In this document: positions 9,679 to 20,127 of the stretch, in pieces
Layout of the letters: every line of letters starts with the position of its first letter
How positions within the stretch are numbered: the first letter of the stretch is position 1
NCBI GenBank assembly: GCA_025594325.1
Contig: JANHCV010000012.1
Coordinates: 310,001 to 374,000, forward strand
Source: Blastocladiella emersonii ATCC 22665
Lineage: Eukaryota; Fungi; Blastocladiomycota
Length of the DNA stretch: 64,000 bases
Direction: 5' to 3'
The notes under the pieces: generated by a model
What the model saw: only the letters and a program-made list of their open reading frames with translations
What the model was told of the DNA's origin: nothing
Database searches by the model: none
Position numbers and translations under genes: made by a program

Positions 9679-11985
9679 TTACATCTCGTCGTCGGACAGC
9701 TCAAGGGTGTACGGCCCACGGTACGTGTAGATGGCAATCTTGCGGCCAGCCACCCGGCGACGCTTCACCCCAAAGAGCTCCTGCTTGTCAGCTGGGTTGA
9801 CTTCCTGCTTGAGGTACTCGCCAAACTTGTTCTGCGGCATTGGCTTGCGACCAGGGTAGCGGGCCGCGATATACTCCTGGTAAAACTTGAAGAGCGCGTC
9901 TGCCTCGAGCTCCTGCACGACTTCAACCCGCTGCGTGTGGTCCAGGAGGTTGAGCGGGAAGCCGCCGTACTCCATGATCTCCATGGCCAGCGCAGGGACC
10001 GGCTCCAGCGCCGCCATCATGGCGTTCTTGCGGGCCTGGTTGCGCGGGAAGTTGGTCAGCTTGAGGTGCGAGAGGTCAAGGCGCAGGATGTAGGTGTAGA
10101 TCTCGTCGGCGTGGTCCTTGACAAAGGCGCTGAGATCCGCAAAGTAGTTGACGTCCTGGCACTTGATGTTGGACATCTTAAGGACGAACTCGCGGCGACC
10201 AGTCTGGGTGATCGGCAGCACGTCGCAGTTGTTGGTTGCAATCATAAAGTTGTTGACGTTCTCGATGGCCTTGCGCTTCATGTACTTTTCGTTGACCATG
10301 AGCTTGCTCTTGGTGACCATGCTCTTGAGCTTGTCAAACGCGTTCTTGAGCTCGCCTGGCGTGCTGGAATTCATCTCGTCAAACAGGACGAGCATCTTGT
10401 GGGCGATCTCCGAGTTGAACTCGCCCTTGAGCCACGTCACTCCGTTGTCAATGGTCACGGCGTTGTTCTCGCCAATGATGTTCTCGACCAGGAGGTCAAA
10501 GAAGATGCCCTTGCCCGTGCCCTCGAGACCCGTCAGCAGCAGCACCACGCCGTTCGCCTTGCCCGTGGTGAGCAGGCACTGGATCCACTTGAGGACGTAC
10601 TGGTACTCGAGCTCGTGGCCGCTGCAGACCACGTCGCGGAGGTACTCGAGGTACATGGCGATCGACTCGGGCGCAATGTCGCGGCCAAGGTCCGTGGCCA
10701 GGAACCCGGAAAACGCGTTATAGTAGTCGATCAAAAGGCCGTTCTGGTGCGACGGGCCCCACTGCGGCTTGTGCATGTCAAAGATGAGCGCCTTGACCTG
10801 CGGCGCGTAATGGACGGCCCGCGCGCTGCACGCCTTCTTGACGTTGTCCTCGCCATTGACTGCCCAGTCGTCGGTCACGGTGCGGCGAAAGTACATCTCG
10901 CCGACCAGGTCCTTGCGGACAAACTCGCCCACGTACTTGATCACGGCCTCCTCCCACGACTCCGTGTCCTCGTCCTTCTTGCGGCTGACGCAGTGGCCAA
11001 TGACCTTGTTGATCCACTTGTCGTTGTAGTGCGGGTCGAGCGCGAGCTGCGCAGCAACAAACGCGGCTGGGTCCTCACAAAAGTCGGGGAGCTTGCCCTT
11101 GTCCTTGGACTCGGGGACCACGATCTCCTTCTCGTCCCACTCCACCTCAAAGCCCGTGTACTCGAGCGTGTTGGCGGACATCTTGGCGAGCAGCTCGGCG
11201 TTGATGCGGTCGTCCTTCTTGACCATGAACCCGTCAAACACAAGCACGCTTGGCACAAGGTCGTTGGCGCGGGCAAAGTCGATGGCGCGCATCAGGAGGA
11301 TCGACTCGACGGCCTGGAACAGGTTGGAGAGCACCGAGCCCTTGTTCATGGTCTTGTCCTTGCGGGGCTTGGACGCCTTGACGACGTGCGGGAAGTCCTT
11401 CTCGATGAGCTTGTACAGCGAGCCGTACAGCATGTGGTGGAAGGCCGCAAGCTCGGGGTGCACAGCGTCGCGGTCGACAAACTCGTTGAACAGCATTGAG
11501 AGGAACTCCTGCTTATCCCCGAGCCCCCACTTGGCCAGCGCGGCCGTGCGGTCGGCGAGGTACTGGTCAAAGACGCCGTGGCCGAGGTTGTAGTGCTGGC
11601 AGACGCCGCGGAGGATCGACGGCGCCGCGCCCTTCATGTCGAGGTCCTGGAGCACGCCCTTGGCCAGCGGGCAGCGGACCAGGTCCTTGCTGAAGCTCTG
11701 GAGCGACGGCGACGTGGCGTAGAGTCAGCCAAACTTCTTCTCAACCGAGGTCGACCGCGTGGTGAACGAGTACACGGTCTCCTTGCCGTCGCCGTAGCTC
11801 GCCTTGGCCAGCGCCGCGTAGGCCTTGAGCTTCTTCTTGACCTCAGCGTCGACGCCCGAGTACCGCGCGCAGAGCCCGTCGAGCACGTCCTTGTTGTAGT
11901 ACTCGCGCAGCACGACCTGGCGCGAGTCCGTGAACATGGACTTGGTGTAGTCGAGGGTCTTGGCGATCTTGGTCAGCTGGGGCAT
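9679..11985 (-). CDS. TVpol (PolA-like primase-polymerase) fused to D5-like SF3 helicase; one in-frame TGA at 11725-11727
   Basis: ORFs 11725-12132 and 9679-11655 are in the same frame; joined motif FG*LYATSPSLQ (GRLY), DLDMKGAAP, VFDG; helicase Walker A GLEGTGKG, Walker B LFDE, motif C ATNN; likely start ATG 11985. Confidence 0.85.
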
Positions 11986-12158
11986 GGCCGAGTAGTTACA
12001 GTTGAGCGCAGAAAAAAGCATTGTGCTTTGATGCGGAATAACGCAGTCGGGAGCGGGGGCGGGGCCGTGCTTTTGAAGCGCCGCGATTATCGCTATTGGC
12101 TGCTGGCCGTGTCTGGGGGTCTGGAGATGCAAGGTCGGGGGTCAGGTCGGGGGGGTGC

Positions 12159-13617
12159 GGCAAAATCACTGACCCCCATGCTCCCGTCTTGGGAGCCAAT
12201 CACGGCTCAGGTCACGATCTGTGCAAACCGTGACCTGGGCTGCGACTGACGGCAAAATCACTGACCCCCATGCTCCGATCTTGGGAGCGTATCGCGTCTC
12301 AGGTCACGATCTGTGCAAACCGTGACCTGGGCTGCGACTGACGGCAAAATCACTGACCCCCATGCTCCGATCTTGGGAGCGTATCGCGTCTCAGGTCACA
12401 ATCCGTTCAAACCGTGACCTGGGCTGCGACTGACGCCAGGGTCGCCGACCCCCATGCTCCGATCTTGGGAGCGTATCGCGGCCCAGGTCACGATCTGTTC
12501 AAACCGTGACCTGGGCCGCGACTGACGGCAAAATGACCGACCCCCATGCGCCAATCTTGGGAGCGTCTCGCGGCCCAGGTCACGATCTGTTCAAACCGTG
12601 ACCTGGGCCGCGACTGACGGCAAAATGACCGACCCCCATGCTCCAATCTTGGGAGCGTATCGCGTCTCAGGTCACGACCCTGAGACCGTGACCTGGGCCG
12701 CGACTGACGGCAAAGTAACCGACCCCCATGCTCCGATCTTGGGAGCGTATCGGGTCCGAGGTCACGATCCGTTCAAACCGTGACCTGGGCTGCGACTGAT
12801 GGCAAACTGACCGACCCCCATGCTCCGATCTTGGGAGCCAATCACGGCTCAGGTCACGATCTGTGCAAACCGTGACCTGGGCTGCGACTGACGGCAAAAT
12901 CACTGACCCCCATGCTCCGATCTTGGGAGCGTATCGCGTCTCAGGTCACGATCTGTGCAAACCGTGACCTGGGCTGCGACTGACGGCAAAATCACTGACC
13001 CCCATGCTCCGATCTTGGGAGCGTATCGCGTCTCAGGTCACAATCCGTTCAAACCGTGACCTGGGCTGCGACTGACGCCAGGGTCGCCGACCCCCATGCT
13101 CCGATCTTGGGAGCGTATCGCGGCCCAGGTCACGATCTGTTCAAACCGTGACCTGGGCCGCGACTGACGGCAAAATGACCGACCCCCATGCGCCAATCTT
13201 GGGAGCGTCTCGCGGCCCAGGTCACGATCTGTTCAAACCGTGACCTGGGCCGCGACTGACGGCAAAATGACCGACCCCCATGCTCCAATCTTGGGAGCGT
13301 ATCGCGTCTCAGGTCACGACCCTGAGACCGTGACCTGGGCCGCGACTGACGGCAAAGTAACCGACCCCCATGCTCCGATCTTGGGAGCGTATCGGGTCCG
13401 AGGTCACGATCCGTTCAAACCGTGACCTGGGCTGCGACTGATGGCAAACTGACCGACCCCCATGCTCCGATCTTGGGAGCGTATCGCGTCTCAGGTCACG
13501 ATCCGTTCAAACCGTGACCTGGGCCGCGACTGACGGCAGAGTCGCCGACCCCCATGCTCCGGTTTTGGGAGCGTATCGCGTCTCAGGTCACGATCCGTTC
13601 AAACCATGACCTGGGCC
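12159..13617. repeat. Tandem array of 16 x ~92-bp units with internal palindromes
   Basis: TGACCTGGG anchors at 12231, 12323, 12415, 12507, 12599, 12689, 12781, 12873, 12965, 13057, 13149, 13241, 13331, 13423, 13515, 13607. Confidence 0.95.
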
Positions 13618-13724
13618 CTCCCACGGTCCCTGACCCTGACCCAGGCCCAGCTACCCAGAAAAAAGAACGTTGCGTTCAAACGCACTTGAGCCCATGGAGC
13701 CTTTTTGTTGACAGTCAGTAAACC

Positions 13725-14963
13725 ATGTCGCTCGACTCTCTTGCCTCCCAGGTCGCCATTGCCCTTGCCCAGCATGTCGCCGCGGACGTGGTGCAGCAGG
13801 TCATGGAAAAGCTCCAGCCCAACGAGCACAAGGACTTGGAAGCGCGCTACAATGACTTGGTCGCGAGCCACAAGGACTTGGTCGCGAGCCACAAGGACTT
13901 GGTCGCGAGCCACAAGGACTTGGTCGCGAGCCACAAGGACTTGGTCGCGCGACTCAAGACCATCGAGTCACGTGACCCAGATCACGGCGCCAATCAGCGA
14001 GTCACTCCCATGGAAGTTGACACCCCGGAGCCGCCCCAAGTCAAGTTCGCCGAGCTGACCAAGGAGGCCATCGAGGCATGTGTCAACGCGCCCGTGGTGA
14101 ACAAGAACGGGGAGCAGGCTACGCTGAGCGACATGGACAAGGCGAAGACGACTCGCGTGCTCCTTGCATTTGCCAAGTCAGGCATGGACATCCAGGACGT
14201 CGAGGCCGTGTCCAAGGCCGTGGCCACGTACCGCGCGACCAAGGGGTCCAAGAACGTCCAGGGCCTGCAGGTCGAGACGCTCAAGGCCTTGGCCAAGTAC
14301 TGTACGTGGAACGGGTGGACTGAGCTTGGGGCCAAGTACACGGAGGCCAAGAAGCGGGACGCCGACGCCAGCGTGGACGTGCGCAAGGAGCTCAAGTCGG
14401 GCGCCCTTCCAAGCCGTGCCGTTCTGCTGGCCGCCGCGGTTGCTGCTGAGAAATGGGACAAGCTCGAGTGCACGGGCACCATGCGCTACCTCCGCCTGTA
14501 CCTCCAAGTTGTGTGCGCGACCCGCAGCGACCTCGCGTTCCTGACCACAGCCCCAAGCGACAAGTACCCATCCTACAACCCCGAGACCAAGACGCTGGCT
14601 GGCCCAATCTGTGTCAAGACCGAGGGTCGTGGCTATGAGTTCTCGCACGTCATTGCCAACCCCAACGTGGCAGACGCCCTGGAGCGGGTCATGGCCAAGC
14701 GCAAGGAAGACGGCTACGAGCTGCTGTTCTTTGACTACACGATCAAGGACCTTGACAACGCCAAGGTGAACACGGCCATTTGCAAGGACTGGTCCAAGAC
14801 GATTGGCCTTGCTACCAAGAAGCTCAAGTTTGACGGGTGCGGCGTGCAGCAGATCCGTTGGATTGCCGCGAGCGAGAACGCCGGGGCTTACGCGGCCATT
14901 GCCCAGCGCGCCAATGAGATGGGTCACAGCGTGCCTGTCGCCGTCGCCCACTACATGGTGTAA
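13725..14963 (+). CDS. Tyrosine recombinase with N-terminal heptad repeats (412 aa)
   Basis: ATRSDLAFL (first Arg), VKT (Lys), QQIRWIAAS (second Arg), MGHSVPVAVAHY (His and Tyr 9 apart; Arg to His 23 residues, YR-like spacing). Confidence 0.75.
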   Translation: MSLDSLASQVAIALAQHVAADVVQQVMEKLQPNEHKDLEARYNDLVASHKDLVASHKDLVASHKDLVASHKDLVARLKTIESRDPDHGANQRVTPMEVDTPEPPQVKFAELTKEAIEACVNAPVVNKNGEQATLSDMDKAKTTRVLLAFAKSGMDIQDVEAVSKAVATYRATKGSKNVQGLQVETLKALAKYCTWNGWTELGAKYTEAKKRDADASVDVRKELKSGALPSRAVLLAAAVAAEKWDKLECTGTMRYLRLYLQVVCATRSDLAFLTTAPSDKYPSYNPETKTLAGPICVKTEGRGYEFSHVIANPNVADALERVMAKRKEDGYELLFFDYTIKDLDNAKVNTAICKDWSKTIGLATKKLKFDGCGVQQIRWIAASENAGAYAAIAQRANEMGHSVPVAVAHYMV

Positions 14964-14983
14964 CTTTTGTCTGTTGTATTGTA

Positions 14984-16096
14984 ATGTACCCACACAAAGA
15001 ACCTTTGACTGCTGAACAGACCGAGTACCTGACAGACTTGTACTACAAACGCGGCCACGTCGGGGTTGGGATCCACCGGCTCTTTGACATTGTTGACCGC
15101 GAGCATACAGGGAAGCACATCTACCGCGCCCAGCTCGAGCGGTGGCTCAACGACCAGTCCGTGTGGCAGCAGTACAAGCGCGCACCACAGAAGCGGCAAG
15201 ACATTCGAAGCATCAGCTCAACCAGTCCGGGACGCAACTTCCAGCTTGACCTCATTGACATGGGCAAAAACGGTACGTACAAAGGCTTCCATTACATTCT
15301 TACGTGTGTCGACCTCGCGAGTCGGCGCGTCTACCTACGCCCAGTCAAGACCAAGGACAAGACGCGGGAAGCATGGTCTGGCGTGGTCGCCAAGCACAGC
15401 CTTGTACCTGCCACAATCCAGACGGACAATGGCACCGAGTTCTTTGGCATTGAGGCCGGGACCGACGTCAAGCACATCAAGGGCAAGGCAGGCGTGCCAT
15501 ACGGTCAAGGTGTTGTTGAGCGTATGAATGGGACCATCCGCCGGATGCTGACGCCGTGGCTGTCCATCCCAGGCAACAACGACTGGCCCAAGCACCTCGA
15601 GACCATTGAATCTGTGATCAACAGCAGCAAGTCAAGGGCCACGGGCAGGGCGCCCAACGAGTTCCATGACATGCCCCGCGAAATGGCCAAGGACACACTC
15701 AAGGCGATCCGAGCTGCCAAGGGCAAGCCAGAAGGCGACCCTCTGAGCGCGTTGCTGAAGGTAGGGGCCCAGGTCCGAGTCCGCGAGCCGTACAAGACTG
15801 CCATGGAGGCCAAGGGGAAGCCGGTCTGGTCGCCAACTGTGAGCCAGGTCCAGGTTGTGCGCAAGGGGTCAGGCATGAGCAATCCAAGCTACAAGGTCCA
15901 AGGTCTCAAGGGCTTCTACCCTCGAAGCGACGTCCAGCCAGTCACAGCAACCCAGGACCCGCCGACCAGGCCACGCATGGCCCCAAGTCTTCCAAGGCCC
16001 CCTGTTGCGCGCACCCCGGTCACACCAAGGGAGCCCTCGACCCGGGTCAGGCGCGTCCCAGTCCGAGTCCAAGAAAAGTGGGACCGCGGGCTTTAG
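14984..16096 (+). CDS. Retroviral-like (rve, DDE) integrase of Polinton type (370 aa)
   Basis: FQLDLIDM, YILTCVDLASR, IQTDNGTEF, QGVVERMNGTIRRML; C-terminal SH3-like VGAQVRV...WS...YKV..GFY. Confidence 0.93.
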   Translation: MYPHKEPLTAEQTEYLTDLYYKRGHVGVGIHRLFDIVDREHTGKHIYRAQLERWLNDQSVWQQYKRAPQKRQDIRSISSTSPGRNFQLDLIDMGKNGTYKGFHYILTCVDLASRRVYLRPVKTKDKTREAWSGVVAKHSLVPATIQTDNGTEFFGIEAGTDVKHIKGKAGVPYGQGVVERMNGTIRRMLTPWLSIPGNNDWPKHLETIESVINSSKSRATGRAPNEFHDMPREMAKDTLKAIRAAKGKPEGDPLSALLKVGAQVRVREPYKTAMEAKGKPVWSPTVSQVQVVRKGSGMSNPSYKVQGLKGFYPRSDVQPVTATQDPPTRPRMAPSLPRPPVARTPVTPREPSTRVRRVPVRVQEKWDRGL

Positions 16097-18036
16097 AGCA
16101 TGGCCCAATGGCTTTGAATGATGACCTGGCAGTCGTTGGCAACTGCCACCAACGGGATCCAGATGAAAGAGTAGCTCTTGGCCGCGTCAAGGTACTCGAT
16201 GCTCAAGAACTGAAGGAACTGGACGTTGCCTTCAGCGCGGCACCCGGTGACAAGCGACACTGCAATCATGTCCGTCATGTTGTACAGCGCAAAGTTCACA
16301 GTGTGGGATCCAGGGAGCGTGCCGTTTGCGTAGTAGCCCTTTGCATGGACAAGGTAGTAGCCACTGACAGGGGGTTTGACGCATCCATTGATCACGGACG
16401 TGAACGCGCCCGCCGTGGACTGGAACGCAAAGGTGGCCGGACCTGTCGACGCTGTGCCGCCAATGATCTTGCCGCCCGTGGTCACTCCGTTTGTGGAGCG
16501 GTGCTCGGCCTGAGCAACGTACCGGGTCAGGCTGGACCGCGAGTCGACGTACGCCTTGTTTGCCGCGTCAGTGCCTGCCACGGGAGCGAGGTCAAGGGTG
16601 AGCTGCCCTGTAAACCGACCAGTGCCATTGACGCGGAGCTTTTCTGTGCCAAGCGTCGCCGAGCCCACGACCACGTTGCCGCCACCTGCCACAAGGGAGA
16701 CCCCGCCCGTGGTCGCGGACGCAATCTCAATGTTACCCGCCGCCGTGCATGCCAGGTTGCTCTTGAGGACGCCTGCCTGCTTAAAGTCGACGTACGTCAA
16801 TGTATTGGCAGCTGAGTCAAAGACAAGGTTTGCGCTCGTGGCATTTTGGACCAGGACGTTGGGCACAGTCAGTTGCTTGCTGACTCCAAGACCACCAGCA
16901 ATGGTGACTGCTCCAGTGCTTGACGTCGAGCTGTCCGTCGTATTCGCAAAGGCAAAGTCAGCGCCGAGCCCAAGGGTGGACTGGGGGAGCGTGCCAGTGA
17001 CCGAGGCCGCGCTCACGGCTGTGACCTTGGCCGAGACGTCGGGGAGTCGTGCCAGGTCAATGGTCCCTGCAAGCTTGGCCGAGTCAATGCCAGATGCCAG
17101 CTTGGCGTTGGTCAGGGTCCCGTTGGCGATGCGGGCAGGGTCGAGGGTCCCAGTGAGCTTGACCGCCGACACGTCCGTGACCTTGGCGTCTGTGACTGCG
17201 CCTGCTGCCAGCTGGACCGTTCCAATGGACCCGACGTTGAGCTTGGCCCCGTCAATGCCAGTTGCCAGCTTGGCGTTGGTCACAGCCGCGTCTGCCAGGA
17301 CCGAGGTGCCGACTGTGCCGGCTGCCAGCTTGGACCCATCAATGCCAGTTGCCAGTTTGGCGTTGGATACGGCTGCGTCTGCCAGGGCTCCCGTCCCAAT
17401 AGTCCCTGCAACGAGTTTGGACCCAGACACGGACGCGACCTTGGCATCCGTGACTGCCAGGTCAATGAGAGCTGCCGTGCCGACTGTGCCTGCCACGAGC
17501 TTGGACCCGGACACGGACGCGACCTTGGCATCAGTCACTGCGCCGTCTGCCAGGACCGAGGTCCCGACTGTGCCTGCCACAAGCTTGGACCCAGACACGG
17601 ACGCGACCTTGGCATCAGTCACTGAGCCGTCTGCCAGGACCAAGGTCCCAACGGCTGGGAGGTTGGACGCACTGAGCACGCCCACGACCTTGGACGCAGA
17701 CACAGTATCCAGCTGAGCATCAACGAGCTTGCCTGTGACCTGCCCTGCTGTAATGGTCGCGACCTTGTCGGCCGTGACGCTGGCCGGGAGCAGCTGTGCC
17801 GTGCCGACCGACTTGACAAAGAGCCCTGCTGCGCCCACGCCAAGGGTCTGGTCGTCGACCTTGGCCGAGACAGTGGTCCCTGAGACTGCCACGCCAGGGC
17901 CAGCAACAGGTGCACCGACTGTGGCATACACGGTACTGATGGCCGCGTCGACGTATGCCTTGGACACGTCAGAGACCCCAGTGGCAGACACGGTCAGAGA
18001 CGCAGTACTTGAGACGTTAAAGATATTCTTGACCAT
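16093..18036 (-). CDS. Fibre/spike-like protein (~647 aa) with 28-aa repeats and C1q-like head
   Basis: Start ATG 18036; KAYVD motifs twice; LADGAVTDAKVASVSGSKL repeats (84-bp period); TTDSSTSSTGAVTIAGGLGV; C-terminal PVSGYYLVHA. Confidence 0.75.
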   Translation of the reverse strand: MVKNIFNVSSTASLTVSATGVSDVSKAYVDAAISTVYATVGAPVAGPGVAVSGTTVSAKVDDQTLGVGAAGLFVKSVGTAQLLPASVTADKVATITAGQVTGKLVDAQLDTVSASKVVGVLSASNLPAVGTLVLADGSVTDAKVASVSGSKLVAGTVGTSVLADGAVTDAKVASVSGSKLVAGTVGTAALIDLAVTDAKVASVSGSKLVAGTIGTGALADAAVSNAKLATGIDGSKLAAGTVGTSVLADAAVTNAKLATGIDGAKLNVGSIGTVQLAAGAVTDAKVTDVSAVKLTGTLDPARIANGTLTNAKLASGIDSAKLAGTIDLARLPDVSAKVTAVSAASVTGTLPQSTLGLGADFAFANTTDSSTSSTGAVTIAGGLGVSKQLTVPNVLVQNATSANLVFDSAANTLTYVDFKQAGVLKSNLACTAAGNIEIASATTGGVSLVAGGGNVVVGSATLGTEKLRVNGTGRFTGQLTLDLAPVAGTDAANKAYVDSRSSLTRYVAQAEHRSTNGVTTGGKIIGGTASTGPATFAFQSTAGAFTSVINGCVKPPVSGYYLVHAKGYYANGTLPGSHTVNFALYNMTDMIAVSLVTGCRAEGNVQFLQFLSIEYLDAAKSYSFIWIPLVAVANDCQVIIQSHWAML

Positions 18037-18056
18037 GTTTAACTTAAGCAAACAGA

Positions 18057-18308
18057 ATGATTTCCAGCGACCATGACCTGAGCCTGGACAAGTGGCAGGA
18101 GCACCTCGCCGGGACCATGCCTGTGCCAAGCAGCTGGTACAGCAAGAGCGACGAGGACAAGGCCAAGTGGCTACGGAAGCGCGACCGCAAGGCCAACCGG
18201 TACACACACGTCAACGACGAGGCAGCGCGGGCCGAACGGGTCAAGATCCGGATCTACAAGGCACTCAACGCCAAGCGCCGGGACCAGGGGGCAAATAGCA
18301 CCGTCTGA
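18057..18308 (+). CDS. Small basic viral hypothetical protein
   Basis: Lys/Arg-rich 83-aa ORF with C/G-ending codons like its neighbours; start may be the second ATG at 18117. Confidence 0.45.
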   Translation: MISSDHDLSLDKWQEHLAGTMPVPSSWYSKSDEDKAKWLRKRDRKANRYTHVNDEAARAERVKIRIYKALNAKRRDQGANSTV

Positions 18309-18385
18309 GGGACAAAAGGCACCTGCCACGGGGAAAAAGGTACCAACAGGGGGACGTTTTATTTTCGGTCCATACAGTAACTATC

Positions 18386-20101
18386 ATGGGCCGAAGAACA
18401 GTACCAGATCTACTTGCAAGAGTGACCAAGGCAACTGGTGGGCGCATCACGGCAGAGCGCCTTGTAGGGCAGAAGATCAAGGCGACCATTGACGGCCGCG
18501 AGTACACGTTCCCCAATGCCAAAGAGCTCCTCGACGTCTGGGTGCCTTACATCCTTGCCTTTGACTACAAGGTGACGCCCGAGAGCTATGCCAACGACTT
18601 TGACCGCAAAAGAGGCGACTCGCTGTTCTACCTCAAGCACCAGGACAGCGTCACTGGGTACGAGGTCAAGGACCTCCAGGAGCACGTCCGAGATACGCTT
18701 AAAGCGTGGGAAGAGCACCAGGCAACGGGCAAGGTTACTCGAGTCCCAGTCGCTCCACCAGCGGCAAGTCCTGGACCAGAGCCCCCCGAGTCAGCCACGG
18801 ACAGCGACAGGGGTAGCAGCGAAGAGGAACGCGACGAGCTGGCAGAAGAGATCTCGCGAGCCCTGGACGTCATTGACGAGGACGCTGTACCAGACCACTT
18901 GCTCCCCGTGCCTGTCCGGCCAGTCATGCCCGAGCAGTACCCAGTTGAGGCTGGCGACTACGTTGGCCAAGACATTGACGAGTACGGCGCCATGATCCCT
19001 GGCTGGTAACTGATCCAGAACGACAATGACGGCGGCAACGACCTCCCACCACGACTTGATGACGGCACACGCGACATTGTGGTCATGCCACCAAGCTATG
19101 CCCCTGACGTGGCACAGCGACCAAGCGTGTACAACGAGGGTCACGTCCACCCGGCCATGGACGAGGCACGCATGATTGAGGGCTCCAAGGACTTGCAGGT
19201 CTACAACCCCGAGCGGGCGCTGATGACCACGGACGACATGGAAGTCGACGTCGTCCAGAACTTTCAACAGTTCAACCAGTTCGTCTACAACAGCTACACG
19301 CAGCAGGACACCCAGAACATTGACATGCGGCAGTTCATCACCCAGTATGAGAACAACTACTACGAGCAGAACGTGGACATGCGGCAGCAGATCCTGGTCC
19401 AGTACAACAATGACCCAAACGTCATGGCCGCGCTTGAGCTCATTGCCTCGCAGTTTGCTGGGTCCCAGGTCATGCAGTACCAGGCGTACCAGGCGCTCAT
19501 TGATCAGACGGCGGCCGCTCAGGGACTGGCCATGGACTCGTTTGCCAACCTCGCGTCCAGGATCGTGGACACGCTCTGAGCCGAACGCAACGACTTTGTC
19601 CGCCAGATCGACGCTGGCAATCGCGCGATTGTGTCCGAGATTGCCACGGGCATGTCCTCGGCGCTCAGCAACCAGCAGGTGCTCATGAACCAGCTCGCAA
19701 GCGGCGTCCAGGGCGCGATCCAAGGGCAGACCCAGAGCAACGAGGCCATGACCAAGACGCTCCAAGACCTTGGGTCCAAGCTGGACACTATTCCTGCACC
19801 CCAAGTCGTTGTCCAGCCTGCTGACACGAGCAGCCTCGAGGCCATGATCAGGGAGCTCGCCGCGCAAAACAATTCCGGTGGTACTTCTAAGAAGACCGAC
19901 ATGCTCCTCGAACAGATCCTCAAGCAACTGGGCTACAAGAAGCCGACCGACGCGAAGCTGTTCACGGACAAGCGGGCAGCGGGTAGCGGGCTGACGGCGC
20001 CCAAGATCCAGCGTCACCAGAAGATCCCTGAGCGGCCCGTCAAGCAGGTCCGCGAGACCCCAAAGCGCAGCGGCATTGTCTTTGACCTTGGCTGGGACTG
20101 A
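18386..20101 (+). CDS. Single 571-codon viral gene split by TAA (19007-19009) and TGA (19577-19579)
   Basis: ORFs 18386-19009, 19079-19579 and 19631-20101 share one frame with coding-like linkers and no T-rich intergenic tract; Q/N-rich helical C-terminal half. Confidence 0.7.
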
Positions 20102-20127
20102 CGCCCTTTTTTGTTTGCAGTCTTTAA

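Noticed and set aside
9937-11499. 520-aa plus-strand ORF
   Set aside because: Antisense shadow of the GC3-biased helicase gene; same applies to 14178-14993, 18791-20017 and 22244-23227.
12598-13425. Identical 61-aa ORFs at 12598 and 13240
   Set aside because: By-products of the 642-bp higher-order repeat; the 92-bp period does not keep a frame.
12159-13617. CRISPR array
   Set aside because: Whole units are repeated with no unique spacers, no cas genes, eukaryotic context.
18037-18207. N-terminal extension of the fibre ORF from GTG 18207
   Set aside because: Overlaps the opposite-strand small ORF; ATG 18036 has the TAAAC-ATG context of other viral genes.
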